Assembly: GCA_965203295.1 (NCBI GenBank) | Contig: CBDBCZ010000019.1 | Location: 1,664,001-1,728,000, forward strand | DNA: 64,000 nucleotides | Direction of reading: 5' to 3' | Source of the DNA: Nitrospirales bacterium | GTDB taxonomy: Bacteria; Nitrospirota; Nitrospiria; Nitrospirales; UBA8639 | Shown: positions 42,139-51,955 of the stretch, one piece after another | Layout: every line of letters starts with the position of its first letter | Position numbering within the stretch: position 1 is the stretch's first letter | The notes under the pieces: generated by a model | What the model was told of the DNA's origin: nothing | The model's input: only the letters and a program-made list of their open reading frames with translations | The model's database searches: none | Translations under genes and position numbers: made by a program

Positions 42139-42609
42139 ATGAATCACCCCGTCAAACCCAAATCCTTCACGACTCTCATTATAAGCTCGTTTGTTCTGAT
42201 AGGACTTCTTATGGGTCCAGGGTGGTTGCAAGCTGAAGCCTCGGCTGAGAAAACAAAAGTCCTCTACCATGTCGATGGGGCAGACCCGAAGGTCACCAAA
42301 TATGCCATGTCCCTGATCAATAAACACATTGAAGCCGAAGGTGGCCCAGAGAACATTGACGTGGTGTTGGTTGTCCATGGCCCAGCCCTTCCGTTGTTTG
42401 CTAAGAAAACCATCGATCCCGGGCTCGCGAAAAAGTTTCAGCTCATCATCGACAACGGTGCCCAAGCGGAAATGTGCCAAGTCTCCATGAAGATCTTCAA
42501 CAAACCGTTGGATGAGTTGGCTCCAGGCTTTAAACCTACAGCCCACCCCGTTGCGGTGAAACGAATTGCCGATTTACAAAAAGAAGGCTACATTTATATC
42601 AAGCCATAA
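42139..42609 (+). CDS. Exported DsrE/DsrF-like protein
   Basis: Signal peptide, KVLYHVD, VVLVVHGPAL, EMCQVSM and RIADLQKEGYIYIKP. Confidence 0.85.
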   Translation: MNHPVKPKSFTTLIISSFVLIGLLMGPGWLQAEASAEKTKVLYHVDGADPKVTKYAMSLINKHIEAEGGPENIDVVLVVHGPALPLFAKKTIDPGLAKKFQLIIDNGAQAEMCQVSMKIFNKPLDELAPGFKPTAHPVAVKRIADLQKEGYIYIKP

Positions 42610-42641
42610 TGTAGGACAGGACAAACGATGCATAGGAAACA

Positions 42642-43174
42642 ATGGGTGACCTGACTTGGAGAACGATTCGGATTGCTGTGCTTCTTCTGATCGTCATTGG
42701 ACTCAGTACGAGAAATGTGGGAACTTGGAATCGAGGGATGGCAGCTGAACCTGCCGACCCAGTTCCCGAGTTTCATCTCGTCACAATGGACGGAAGCAGC
42801 GTGGGTAAGGCCTCATTGAATGGCAAGCCTGCGCTTCTGATGTTTTGGGCTCCATGGTGTCGTGTGTGCCAGCAAGAACTGCCTGTCTTGGGAAAGTTCT
42901 ATCAAGAAGACAGGCCATCACAACTTCAGGTACTTTCCATTGGATTTGCAGATTCTCAGGATAATATTGAAGAGTTTATTCACGCCCACCCAGACACATT
43001 TGTCTTTCCTACAGCCTACGATGAGGACAATGTGGTGGCCAAAAACTTTCGAATACGAGCCACACCGACATTTGTACTATTAAATGGGAAAGGCCAGATT
43101 CAACTTGTTCATCAGGGGGGAGGAATCATGTTAACTCAGAATACCGAGCGTTTCTAGGTGCCCTTAAGGGCTAA
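42642..43174 (+). CDS. TlpA/ResA-like thiol-disulfide oxidoreductase (possible frameshift near C-terminus)
   Basis: FWAPWCRVC and RATPTF. The ORF ends at 43157; an alternative frame NSEYRAFLGALKG ends at 43174. Confidence 0.85.
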
Positions 43175-43405
43175 CAGCCCTCCTTTACGCTTCTTCATTT
43201 TTTACGATAACTAGCTCCTCTTAATCCTTCCAGAGCGACCCTTATCGGTCTCTGTCTCTTAAACAACGGTAGCTGCTCGTCATCTGGGAAAGAACTCAGG
43301 ATTTAAAATATTATTTCCCATTTCGATCTTGAAAGTTGTAATTTAACGAGAATTTCTTGCAATCTATGGCTTATTTTTTGACACGGCCTAGGGGGAGAAT
43401 GTCAC

Positions 43406-44053
43406 ATGGACACGAATGAACGGTTCATAAAAACCAAAGAAAAATTGGCACAACATCGGCGTGGTATTTCTGGACGTGAAGTCGACGAGGACATCCAAGA
43501 TGGCCGTCTTCCACCCGGTCAGCATATCGTCAACAATTGGCCAGTTTTGGACCTTGGCTATAAACCTGAAATTTCTCATGAAGAGTGGCAGCTCACGGTC
43601 GATGGAATGGTTGATAACTCCATCACATGGACGTGGGTAGATTTTCAGACTCAGCCTCCTTTCACCTCCAATTCTGCTTTTCACTGCGTCACATCTTGGA
43701 GTCAATTCGATAATGAATGGGAAGGGGTAGGTTTTCAGCACTTACTCAAGATCGTACGACCAGGACCCACTGCAAAGTTCGTATTGTTCGAAGCCTATGA
43801 TGATTACACGACAAACCTTTCACTAGCCGTCTGTGATGACGTCGATATTTTACTGGCTTGCAAAAGAAACGGAAAGCCTCTTTCAAAGGATCATGGCGGC
43901 CCAGTGAGGATGATTGTCCCCAAACGTTATGCCTGGAAGGGTGCAAAGTGGATCAGAAAAATAACGTTTTCTGAAAAGGACCAGAAGGGCTTTTGGGAAG
44001 TTCGGGGCTATTCCAATACTGCCCTACCCTGGGAGAATGATCGTTACGGCTAA
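43406..44053 (+). CDS. Sulfite-oxidase-like molybdopterin oxidoreductase
   Basis: RLPPGQ, WPVLDLG, FHCVTSWS, HGGPVR, YAWKGAKW and GFWEVRGY; no Tat signal seen. Confidence 0.9.
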   Translation: MDTNERFIKTKEKLAQHRRGISGREVDEDIQDGRLPPGQHIVNNWPVLDLGYKPEISHEEWQLTVDGMVDNSITWTWVDFQTQPPFTSNSAFHCVTSWSQFDNEWEGVGFQHLLKIVRPGPTAKFVLFEAYDDYTTNLSLAVCDDVDILLACKRNGKPLSKDHGGPVRMIVPKRYAWKGAKWIRKITFSEKDQKGFWEVRGYSNTALPWENDRYG

Positions 44054-44361
44054 ACATCATCAACAGTTTCAAGAATGGCAGGATCATAGTTGAGAACCGC
44101 TGCGTCATCACTGCCTTTTCCACCACCCCAGCGATGATATGGGCGTGGTCGGGGATATCTTGCAGGTCATAGCCAACCATTCGCGTACGATTGCGACCCT
44201 ATTGCCTCGGGGTGAAGACCTGCCATGCGCTGGAGCTGCAAAAAGGGATGAACGAATTGGGGGTTACCCATTGGGTGTTTTGTCGTATGAAGAGGCCATC
44301 ACCTGGCTCGGTGAGGTATCGCCGGCACCTGAAAAGAATCCATAATACTAAGAAGTCGTGA

Positions 44362-45255
44362 ATGTTTCTCAGTCATGAGAAACATGAAGGAATCGTGGAC
44401 AAGATGATCGAGCGGTTGGCAAGAAAATTACTGATGAAAAAAAACCTACGAGAATTGATTCTCGATCCTCATCCGCTGCGTACGATGGCAACAAAAGTCA
44501 TCAAGAAATATAAAATGGGGAGTTATGAAGAGCGTCTAAGAATAGGAGCCGTAGACCGTCCACATTATGGCTATTGTGTTTACAGTGCTGCTGCCTTAGC
44601 AAAAAAGCTAGGATATCGGCGAATCAGTGTATTAGAATTTGGTGTTGCTGGAGGAAATGGACTCGTGAATCTGGAATACCACACGCAAGAAATCTCGGAA
44701 TTGCTCGCAATGGATATTGACATTTACGGTTTTGACACAGGCGAAGAGTTACCAGAGCTCTTAGGTTACAGGGACCTCCCCTATCATTGGAAAAGAGGCT
44801 TTTACAAAATGGATGTTCCAAAACTCCGATCACGAATTAAGAAGGCAAAACTCGTTCTTGGTGACATCAAGGATACATCAAAGGATTTTTTCGAGAAGTA
44901 TAATCCTGCTCCAATTGGAGCGATCGCATATGATCTTGATTTATATTCATCAACAGTCGCTGCGCTGAATATGCTTGGGGTTGGTGAAAAATATTATTTG
45001 CCTCTGGTCTTCTGCTATTTTGACGACACCATCGGCTCAGAGATCGAATTATACAACGACTATACAGGGGAGAGACTGACAATACATGAATTTAATCATG
45101 CTCGCAAGGACATCAAGTTTGGACTGCCCTATTATCTATTAGCAGAAAAAGTGGTAGAGGCTTGGTATCACAGAATATGGATTTGTCATTTCTTCAAGCA
45201 TAGTCGTTATAATGATTTTGTGAGCGAAGAGGATCAACAATTACCCTATCAGTAG
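44362..45255 (+). CDS. TylF/MycF-like O-methyltransferase-fold protein (AT-rich)
   Basis: VLEFGVAGG, YGFDTG..LP, DLDLYSST and YFDD. Confidence 0.7.
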   Translation: MFLSHEKHEGIVDKMIERLARKLLMKKNLRELILDPHPLRTMATKVIKKYKMGSYEERLRIGAVDRPHYGYCVYSAAALAKKLGYRRISVLEFGVAGGNGLVNLEYHTQEISELLAMDIDIYGFDTGEELPELLGYRDLPYHWKRGFYKMDVPKLRSRIKKAKLVLGDIKDTSKDFFEKYNPAPIGAIAYDLDLYSSTVAALNMLGVGEKYYLPLVFCYFDDTIGSEIELYNDYTGERLTIHEFNHARKDIKFGLPYYLLAEKVVEAWYHRIWICHFFKHSRYNDFVSEEDQQLPYQ

Positions 45256-45356
45256 CTTTATTCATACCCTGAATGGGCGGTTGATATTCTAGGCATAAAG
45301 TAGCAAGGCAGCGAGATTCACAAACATTTTCCTCCTAGGAGGTGCGCCAGAAATCT

Positions 45357-45581
45357 ATGCCTATTCTAATCATTCTCGGCATAGTTCTGGCTGTATCATG
45401 GGTACTTGCCGAAGCGGAAATGATCTACGATTGGCAGACAGGTGATGGTCGCGACCACGATCTGCAAACCTACGGGAACGGCAGCAGCATCGATGATCAC
45501 CAATCCCATAGTTATCGTGATGCGACCACTCTGGTCACACCTGGCGAGATTATTATACGAAAGAGTCCATACACGTTATGA
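45357..45581 (+). CDS. Small secreted hypothetical protein
   Basis: AGGAGG RBS region and signal peptide ending AEA; may be degenerate. Confidence 0.45.
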   Translation: MPILIILGIVLAVSWVLAEAEMIYDWQTGDGRDHDLQTYGNGSSIDDHQSHSYRDATTLVTPGEIIIRKSPYTL

Positions 45582-45761
45582 AGGCAATCTCCTCTCAATT
45601 TGTCTATCCGTGCTTATTTCTCTTCGGTCCTTTTCCATCCAAAGCCTGACAATCGATATGCCAGGAATATAGATTTCTTGAAAATTTCACCTTCTCCCAA
45701 AAAGGAAGATGTTCCTACAGAAACAGTACCCTCAACCTGTTCTCTAGACCCATCACCGGTC

Positions 45762-46871
45762 ATGACATCTTTGGATCAATTCACTGTTACTTAGATCGAC
45801 CTTTGGCCTGTCGATATTCCTATGACTGATCCATTCGTGGTAGCCACAGGTCAGTTAACCACCGCACAAAATATTTTCATTCGAATCACACTTAGTAGCG
45901 GCATGCTTGGCTACGGAGAAATTGCGCCCTTTCCTGATCTCACAAGTGAAGACCGTCCTGTCAGTCTTTCCGTTGCACGACGTCTTGCTACGGCCGTTCT
46001 GGGCAAGTCAGTCTTGGACTACCGCGAGTTGGGCCGGTTGCTCCAAGAAATGGCACCAGACAACCCTGCAGCACGATGTGGGTTAGAAACAGCATTCGTG
46101 GATTCCCTCTGTCAGACTAACAAGATGCCACTTTGGAGATTATGGGGCGAAGCTGATGTTCGAGACCGAGAAACTGACATTACGATTCCTATCATCGATC
46201 TCCCACATACATTAACGTTCGCTCGTGAATGGCATAAACAGGGTTTTCAAGTTTTCAAAATGAAGGTTGGGAATGATGGGGATGAAGACATCCGTCGGCT
46301 TGAAGCCATTCACCAGCAAATGCCAGACGTGGCATTCATCATTGATGCCAATCAGGGCTTTCAGATGAATGAAGCAGCCGAATTCACCAAAAGGGTTTTG
46401 CGATTCGGAGGACAAATCATCTTACTGGAACAGCCTGTTCCCAAAGACGACCTAGAAGCTCTAGCCTATTTACGTCAAACTCTGAGCGTGCCGATTGCTG
46501 CAGACGAATCCGTACGGTCGTTGAAGGATGCCAGGGCCATAGTCCGTCATAAGGCAGCCGATTTCATTAATATCAAAATCATGAAAAGCAGCCTCATTGA
46601 ATCACTGGATATCGCCGCGTTTGCTAAGCTATCAGGAGTACGGTTGATGATTGGGGGAATGGTGGAAACGCGAATCGCTATGGGCTGTTCCTTCAGTCTC
46701 GCCTTGGGACTTGGGGGATTTGAGGTGCTCGATTTGGATACACCACTGCTCATGTCCCAAGATCCAGTGAATGGAGGATACCGCTATACCGGTCCTCAAT
46801 TAGCTCCTTGGACGGGCTACGGTTTAGGATCGAACGTAGAAATATCCGGAAAAAATGAGGTGATTAATTAG
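45762..46871 (+). pseudogene. Dipeptide (L-Ala-D/L-Glu) epimerase, enolase superfamily, TAG at codon 11
   Basis: MTSLDQFTVT*IDLWPVDIPMTDPF..., FKMKVG, DANQG, LEQP, ADES, INIKIMK and DLD. It could restart at ATG 45822. Confidence 0.8.
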
Positions 46872-46895
46872 AAATACATCAACACGACTGTCCGG

Positions 46896-47412
46896 TTAAC
46901 GGAGCCGCGTTGCGGTATACGCGAATGAATAATTTAACAGCCCTTTTAAAGAGAGCCAAGGAATCAGTTCCTCGAGACTCTGGCTCCACCGGAGATCCCG
47001 GGGCAGGATCTTGGAAGTAAAACGAATGCGGTCAGCCTTGGGGACGGCCCGTTGATCGCGGCCCCGCCGCCCTCGGACCGGAATACCTCTCATGCCCGTT
47101 TGAATGATGCGCTCGGGCAAATACCCATTGCGCACCATCATTTGGTGCCCCTGGGCATCCCGGATCTTTGCATGCGCGCCGAGAAATGCCGTGCTTTCCG
47201 CCCCCACCGCGTGGGCCAGTAAGGCGCAGGCCCCCTTGCGAAGCACCTCTGTCAAGGGATCCTCCGTATACGCACTTGGCTTTTTCTTCTCGTCACTGCT
47301 ACGCTTTTCCATAGCGTAGCCTCCTTGTGTTTGAAAGGGTGGTGATGTTGGCTCATCACCAGGATACGCCGCCTATGTCTTCCAGACTATCCCCAACTTT
47401 TGAGTATAACTC
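46896..47412 (-). mobile_element. Truncated IS256-family element (left IR + transposase N-terminus)
   Basis: DPLTEVLRKGA..LL..AV.AE, VRNGYLPER.IQTG, RDQR, FTSKILP and LIPWL.LKG. The end reads GAGTTATACTCAAAAGTTGGGG on the minus strand from 47412. Confidence 0.85.
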
Positions 47413-47547
47413 GCTTACAAATCCATGGTCTATACTCTCGCTTTCGAAGCCCTAGATGTCTTCCAGCTTAATCCCAAACGTTACAGCCCGTTGAAGAAGA
47501 TAGGATTTCGACAGTTAAGCAAACACCACGCCAGTTTTCTAAAAATC

Positions 47548-47592
47548 CAATCCACAAATTCTGTGGATAACCTTGTGATCAATTCATCCCCT
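47548..47592. promoter_or_regulatory. DnaA-box cluster
   Basis: Perfect TGTGGATAA (47562-47570) with degenerate neighbours CAATCCACA, TGTGATCAA and TCATCCCCT; also TTATCCCCA at 47791. Confidence 0.55.
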
Positions 47593-47997
47593 ACCTTCTG
47601 AAAAGCCGGTGAATTTACTTGGAAGTAACATTATGCCTAAATTTAGTGCATAGTAGCCAAAAAAATTGCACCACCATAAGTAGTGGTATCAAATCACGAT
47701 TCGTACATATTGTGAGATTTTCTTTTTCTCAAGTGTCCGTTTCGCCTCATTTGTTGTCATGGCAATTCCCTGGGGTAAGACCTCTAGGTGTTATCCCCAG
47801 AATATAGAAGGTCCTGTTAATAATTCCCTTTAATTTTCATTGTTTTTTGACAAATGCTGATCTACGAGTCAGAGAAACAGAGAGGTATCTGCAAGGAAAG
47901 TGCTTACAAAAAATGAAGGCGGATTTCGGATTCACACCAGAAAGATATTCTATGCCTTAGTCGAATAACCGTCTGCTCCCCCTCTCTCCTTATTCTT

Positions 47998-48663
47998 CTA
48001 CCGTCGAGCATAGAGGAGTTCACAGGCTTCTAAAAAGGCATCAAGGCGACCCTGTTCATAGGCTGCATTCAATCGGTTCCACAGCCAATCGGCATTGTGC
48101 GAATTCCCCAATCGCTCCACCCCTTGGGATAGCATCATTTGACTCGCGACATTAATGAGGCGTGTTTTCCGTTCCTCCATATCGGCATCTACGAATTGCG
48201 AAAGAATTTCGCCTCCTCGTTGTTTTACAACATCTTTACGAAAGGTATCATACCTTTGTCGTGCCACCGTTCTGGATCGGATTTCCACCAACTCCGCCTT
48301 AATTTTTCCCAGATCCTTCATCAAAAGACTAAAAAGTTCCCTCCTAGCCTCATCCCATAACTTTTTCTCCATCTCTTGGAGAACCACAGCGGGATTGACT
48401 GCCTCTTTTTCATCGACAGAGTATCCATCTGGAGCTGAACTCGGTGTCCCAAACCGCAGTCGCTCATAAGATTTTCTACTTTCCGGGTTACCCAATACTT
48501 CATAGGCGGCATTCACTTCCAGAATTTTGGCTTCTGCTCCGGAACTACCTTGATTACGATCAGGATGAAATTGGAGAACAAGTTTTCGGTAGGACTTCTT
48601 TATGTCTTCGCCTGAAGCATCCGGCGTTACTCCTAAGATCTTGTAAAAATCCAGATAGGCCAT
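47998..48663 (-). CDS. J-domain (DnaJ-like) protein
   Basis: DFYKILGV, IKKSYRKL..QFHPDRN and AAYEVL. Confidence 0.92.
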   Translation of the reverse strand: MAYLDFYKILGVTPDASGEDIKKSYRKLVLQFHPDRNQGSSGAEAKILEVNAAYEVLGNPESRKSYERLRFGTPSSAPDGYSVDEKEAVNPAVVLQEMEKKLWDEARRELFSLLMKDLGKIKAELVEIRSRTVARQRYDTFRKDVVKQRGGEILSQFVDADMEERKTRLINVASQMMLSQGVERLGNSHNADWLWNRLNAAYEQGRLDAFLEACELLYARR

Positions 48664-49137
48664 TTCAGACAGTCACTTGGTCATTGAGGACTTTGTTTGT
48701 TGCGAGGCATGCTCAAAAAATATTTCCAAACAACCGAGGTGGGATCTAGCAGAACACATTCTTCAGTATCCGATACCAAACGGCGCATATCGAGTCCAGA
48801 AGGATATTGACGGCATGATCAAATGAGATTAGCGTTGAGGAAGGGGAAATTCAAAAATACCGCCAAACAATCATCACTATTCAGTGCAAGATCTTTCTTG
48901 ACAAACTGGAGTTAATGAGTACTTTCAAAGAGCTCCCGGTCACAATGGAATTGAAGAAGCTACTAAGAACAGGCTGAAGGGAAAAAAATACAAGTGAGTT
49001 TACTCTGTCTCAATGCCCATCAATAAGATTGTCGATGATGAGTGAGGAGGTAAGAGGTAAATAGGAAATGGAATTTGATGAATTCGAATGATCGTTTCTA
49101 AAGGCTTTGCATTAAAGGGACAATGCAGAGCAAGTCC

Positions 49138-49338
49138 CTATTCTTTTTTTCGGCGTGTCAATGGTGGTCTGCCCGGCCCTCCAGGATGCCACGGTCGACT
49201 ACCCTTCCGTTCCCTCATCATGGTGCGCCGCTTCCGTAGATGGACAAGACAAAACCATTGACTCACGGCCTTTCGAGGGCAATAAATACAAAGACCAGCC
49301 TCTTTATGACGTCTCTGGTATCGCTGTTGACGTGTCAT
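49138..49338 (-). CDS. Small basic zinc-finger-like protein
   Basis: MTRQQRYQRRHKEAGLCIYCPRKAVSQWFCLVHL...PGGPGRPP (CxxC-x9-CxxH). Confidence 0.65.
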   Translation of the reverse strand: MTRQQRYQRRHKEAGLCIYCPRKAVSQWFCLVHLRKRRTMMRERKGSRPWHPGGPGRPPLTRRKKE

Positions 49339-49357
49339 ATCAAAATGATAACATGTT

Positions 49358-49378
49358 ATTATTGAATTATTCAATAAT
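49358..49378. promoter_or_regulatory. Palindromic operator-like site between divergent genes
   Basis: Perfect 9-3-9 inverted repeat ATTATTGAA-TTA-TTCAATAAT. Confidence 0.55.
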
Positions 49379-49523
49379 TAAATTATTCACCTTTTTGTTG
49401 CCGAAAAGCTGCTCATTGGCTCAATAAATATTAAGAAGAAAAAGACCTCCTTTCCTAGCATCGCGCATCTCTCTTGCTTATCGATAGGGCCTTAGCAAGG
49501 TCCGGAGTTCAGGCATAACAAAA

Positions 49524-50135
49524 ATGTTAGTCATATCAAGCCTTTCCAGTTATTGCCTCGTGATGGGTAGTACCTGCATGCTTATCTTGCCAGACCTTCA
49601 CAACCTCTCTTTAAGCAGATCCTATTTGGAGAGTCCTCCTTCAAATTCCAGTTTAATGGAATCCCCCTACTCTCGCCTTCCCGAATATATTGACGCAAAA
49701 CCATTCGACTCAGTTGCCACCATCTTTCTTCCAAGTAGGCATTTCCTCCCAATAAGAGCTTGGCAGAAGCATTCTTATCCTGTTACTGAACAAGCAGGTT
49801 ATTTTACAACCATTGCTCATCTTCTGGCTGACCCAGCGTCGTTTCACAAAAGACGTGTACTCGTCCGGGGGACTGTCACTCAACCGGAATTACACGTTGA
49901 TCTCACTTCTCTCTTTATAGACTTCGTATTTGTTCTAAAGGATGGCACAACCTCGCTTATCGTCTTTGGACAACACGATCGAACGAAAGGCGACATTCAA
50001 ATCCAATTAGGCCGTTATGTAGAAGTAAGTGGGATCTTCTGGGAAATTCGTGAGTCCCATGGTTCTAGTCTCACAAATAATTTGGAAGCATTGAGTGTCA
50101 CTTTTTTCCCATCATTGCAACCCGATGAGACATAG
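49524..50135 (+). CDS. Hypothetical protein with probable C-terminal OB-fold
   Basis: LLADPASFHKRRVLVRGTV...FVLKDGT..LIVF...GRYVEVSGIF. Confidence 0.6.
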   Translation: MLVISSLSSYCLVMGSTCMLILPDLHNLSLSRSYLESPPSNSSLMESPYSRLPEYIDAKPFDSVATIFLPSRHFLPIRAWQKHSYPVTEQAGYFTTIAHLLADPASFHKRRVLVRGTVTQPELHVDLTSLFIDFVFVLKDGTTSLIVFGQHDRTKGDIQIQLGRYVEVSGIFWEIRESHGSSLTNNLEALSVTFFPSLQPDET

Positions 50136-50170
50136 AAAATATCTTTTTCTCAATGAGAGAAATTGAGGTC

Positions 50171-51262
50171 TCATAAGAACTTCATGACATGACGGACTAC
50201 TTCCGTCGTTCCACTTTCTGGCGGAGAGTGCTTTGGTATAGGGAGACTTCTTGCAGTATCCAAAGTCTCTTGCCACAGACCTGCAAAAAGGTCTTCTTTC
50301 GTCAGCTCTACAGCTCGTCCGAATGTGTGTGCGTAGGCCACCAACGGAGGCTCATCAGCGAAATTGTATCGTCTCACATAAACAATGGACTTCCTGGCAG
50401 CCACGGCTTCAATGATTGTGGCATAACCAGGTTTGCTTACAATAATGTCCGCTTGGTCAAAAACGGAATTGAAGTCTGTTCTTATGGAAGGTAAGGGTGT
50501 AAGCCGCTGAAACTCCGGAGGAACTGGCATATCCACCACAAACGAATAGCCTGCCATGCTGTTCAGCTCATCAAAGGGAAGCAAGGATTGAGGCACCCCT
50601 CCGAACCCAACTAAGACAAGCGTCTCCTCTAAACTTCGATAAGGCAGACTCTTTAGCGTCATATCATTTTCTCTCAACTGCCCTCCCACAGGCCCGACAT
50701 CTACGACACGGGGAAATGCATCCATAGAAATCCCTGGCATTAATCGAGTCAATAAATCCGCTTTCCCATACGCTGCCCGAATATGTGCAATAATGTCCTC
50801 TTGCTCTTGAGTGAGCTCAAGACCAAATCCCTGAAGAATTTGGTCCCACGACAACGAAGCCATCGCAAGAGCCGGGACCTCTAATTGGGCACCAACCTCA
50901 ATCCCCAGATACGAAATATTCGAAAGAATAAGGTCTGGGGATACAGACCGCATGGCTTGAGCTTCGTCTTTGACCTTTTGAGCCCACCTCTGATGAAAGT
51001 TTCTGTAAGCTTCCCAAGTCCTTTCTACATCAATAGACAGAGGGCCTTCTTGAACGCACCCAACATCTTGAATGGAAGGACTGAGCTCCCAGGAAACTTC
51101 GAGCTTGCTCGCAAAAAAGGACGACGGCACATTGGTCCGTAATATGACCTTGACATCAGAAAGATACTTCCCCAATTCATTTAAGACTGGTACGACTTGA
51201 GCCGTATGACCGAATCCATGCCCTGAAATCGCACACCATATCACTGACCTTTTCTTAGCCAT
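50171..51262 (-). CDS. GT-B glycosyltransferase-like protein (arabinokinase N-terminal-like)
   Basis: ISGHGFGH, DVGCVQ, VSKPGYATI.EA and RYNFADEP. Confidence 0.75.
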   Translation of the reverse strand: MAKKRSVIWCAISGHGFGHTAQVVPVLNELGKYLSDVKVILRTNVPSSFFASKLEVSWELSPSIQDVGCVQEGPLSIDVERTWEAYRNFHQRWAQKVKDEAQAMRSVSPDLILSNISYLGIEVGAQLEVPALAMASLSWDQILQGFGLELTQEQEDIIAHIRAAYGKADLLTRLMPGISMDAFPRVVDVGPVGGQLRENDMTLKSLPYRSLEETLVLVGFGGVPQSLLPFDELNSMAGYSFVVDMPVPPEFQRLTPLPSIRTDFNSVFDQADIIVSKPGYATIIEAVAARKSIVYVRRYNFADEPPLVAYAHTFGRAVELTKEDLFAGLWQETLDTARSLPIPKHSPPESGTTEVVRHVMKFL

Positions 51263-51405
51263 ACCTCAGAAACTACACCTCAACCTCGTTCTCTAGAGAA
51301 TACTGCCATTCAGTATTACCTTGACGGTCTAGGAGAAAAAGGGTATCTCGTCATTACCTTGAACTCTCGCTTCGTTTACCCAGGACCAAAATAGGGTCAA
51401 GAACA

Positions 51406-51861
51406 TTGGGAAATCACATAAAAAACATATGGTTCTTGACAGCAATCATCATGATGAGCACTTTGGGGATTTCCGCTTGTACCGTATCCCCAGTCAGAAC
51501 AATCTCAGACGGAAAGTCTGAAGCCAGCGCTCAGACTCAAGACCGTCGTCAAGCTGAAGTCGAACAACGCCTTAAGCTTGCTGCCGAATCAGCTGAAAAA
51601 TTAGGTCCTAACAATCCACTCTTTTTCAGTTCTCTGTATAATTTGGCGTCCTATTATCGTGACCAGAAAGAGCATTCCAAGGCGGAAGCCATCTACCAAA
51701 GAGCCTTGTCTATAAAAGAAGAAACCAATGGGCCAGAGCACCCCGATGTTGCCATCATTCTGGAACACTATGCACAACTTCTGAAAACAGCCAATCGCCA
51801 GAAAGAAGCAATTCTATTAGAGGCCCGTGCCAAGGCCATTCGCACGAAGCACTTCCGCTAG
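51406..51861 (+). CDS. TPR-repeat lipoprotein
   Basis: ISAC lipobox; SLYNLASYY...AEAIYQRALSIKE...GPEHPDVA. Confidence 0.85.
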   Translation: MGNHIKNIWFLTAIIMMSTLGISACTVSPVRTISDGKSEASAQTQDRRQAEVEQRLKLAAESAEKLGPNNPLFFSSLYNLASYYRDQKEHSKAEAIYQRALSIKEETNGPEHPDVAIILEHYAQLLKTANRQKEAILLEARAKAIRTKHFR

Positions 51862-51955
51862 CCACCACAGAAATTGAATCTCCTCTAAACTTTTAGAGCG
51901 AAATAACGTGGCTCAGATTACAGAGAGAACATTTCTGGCCAATGGAGTTCTCTCC

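Noticed and set aside
44095..44200. LRHH...DMGVV.DIL resembling a tyrosine recombinase C-terminus
   Set aside because: The LGH and catalytic Tyr motifs are missing; the similarity is too weak to call.
8425..45794. Three in-frame TAG codons (8425, 9240, 45792) suggesting amber recoding or pyrrolysine
   Set aside because: TAG terminates intact genes here (e.g. lptG, fabF, squalene synthase), no pyl genes or suppressor tRNA are visible, and other accessory genes are broken by frameshifts. Nonsense decay is simpler.
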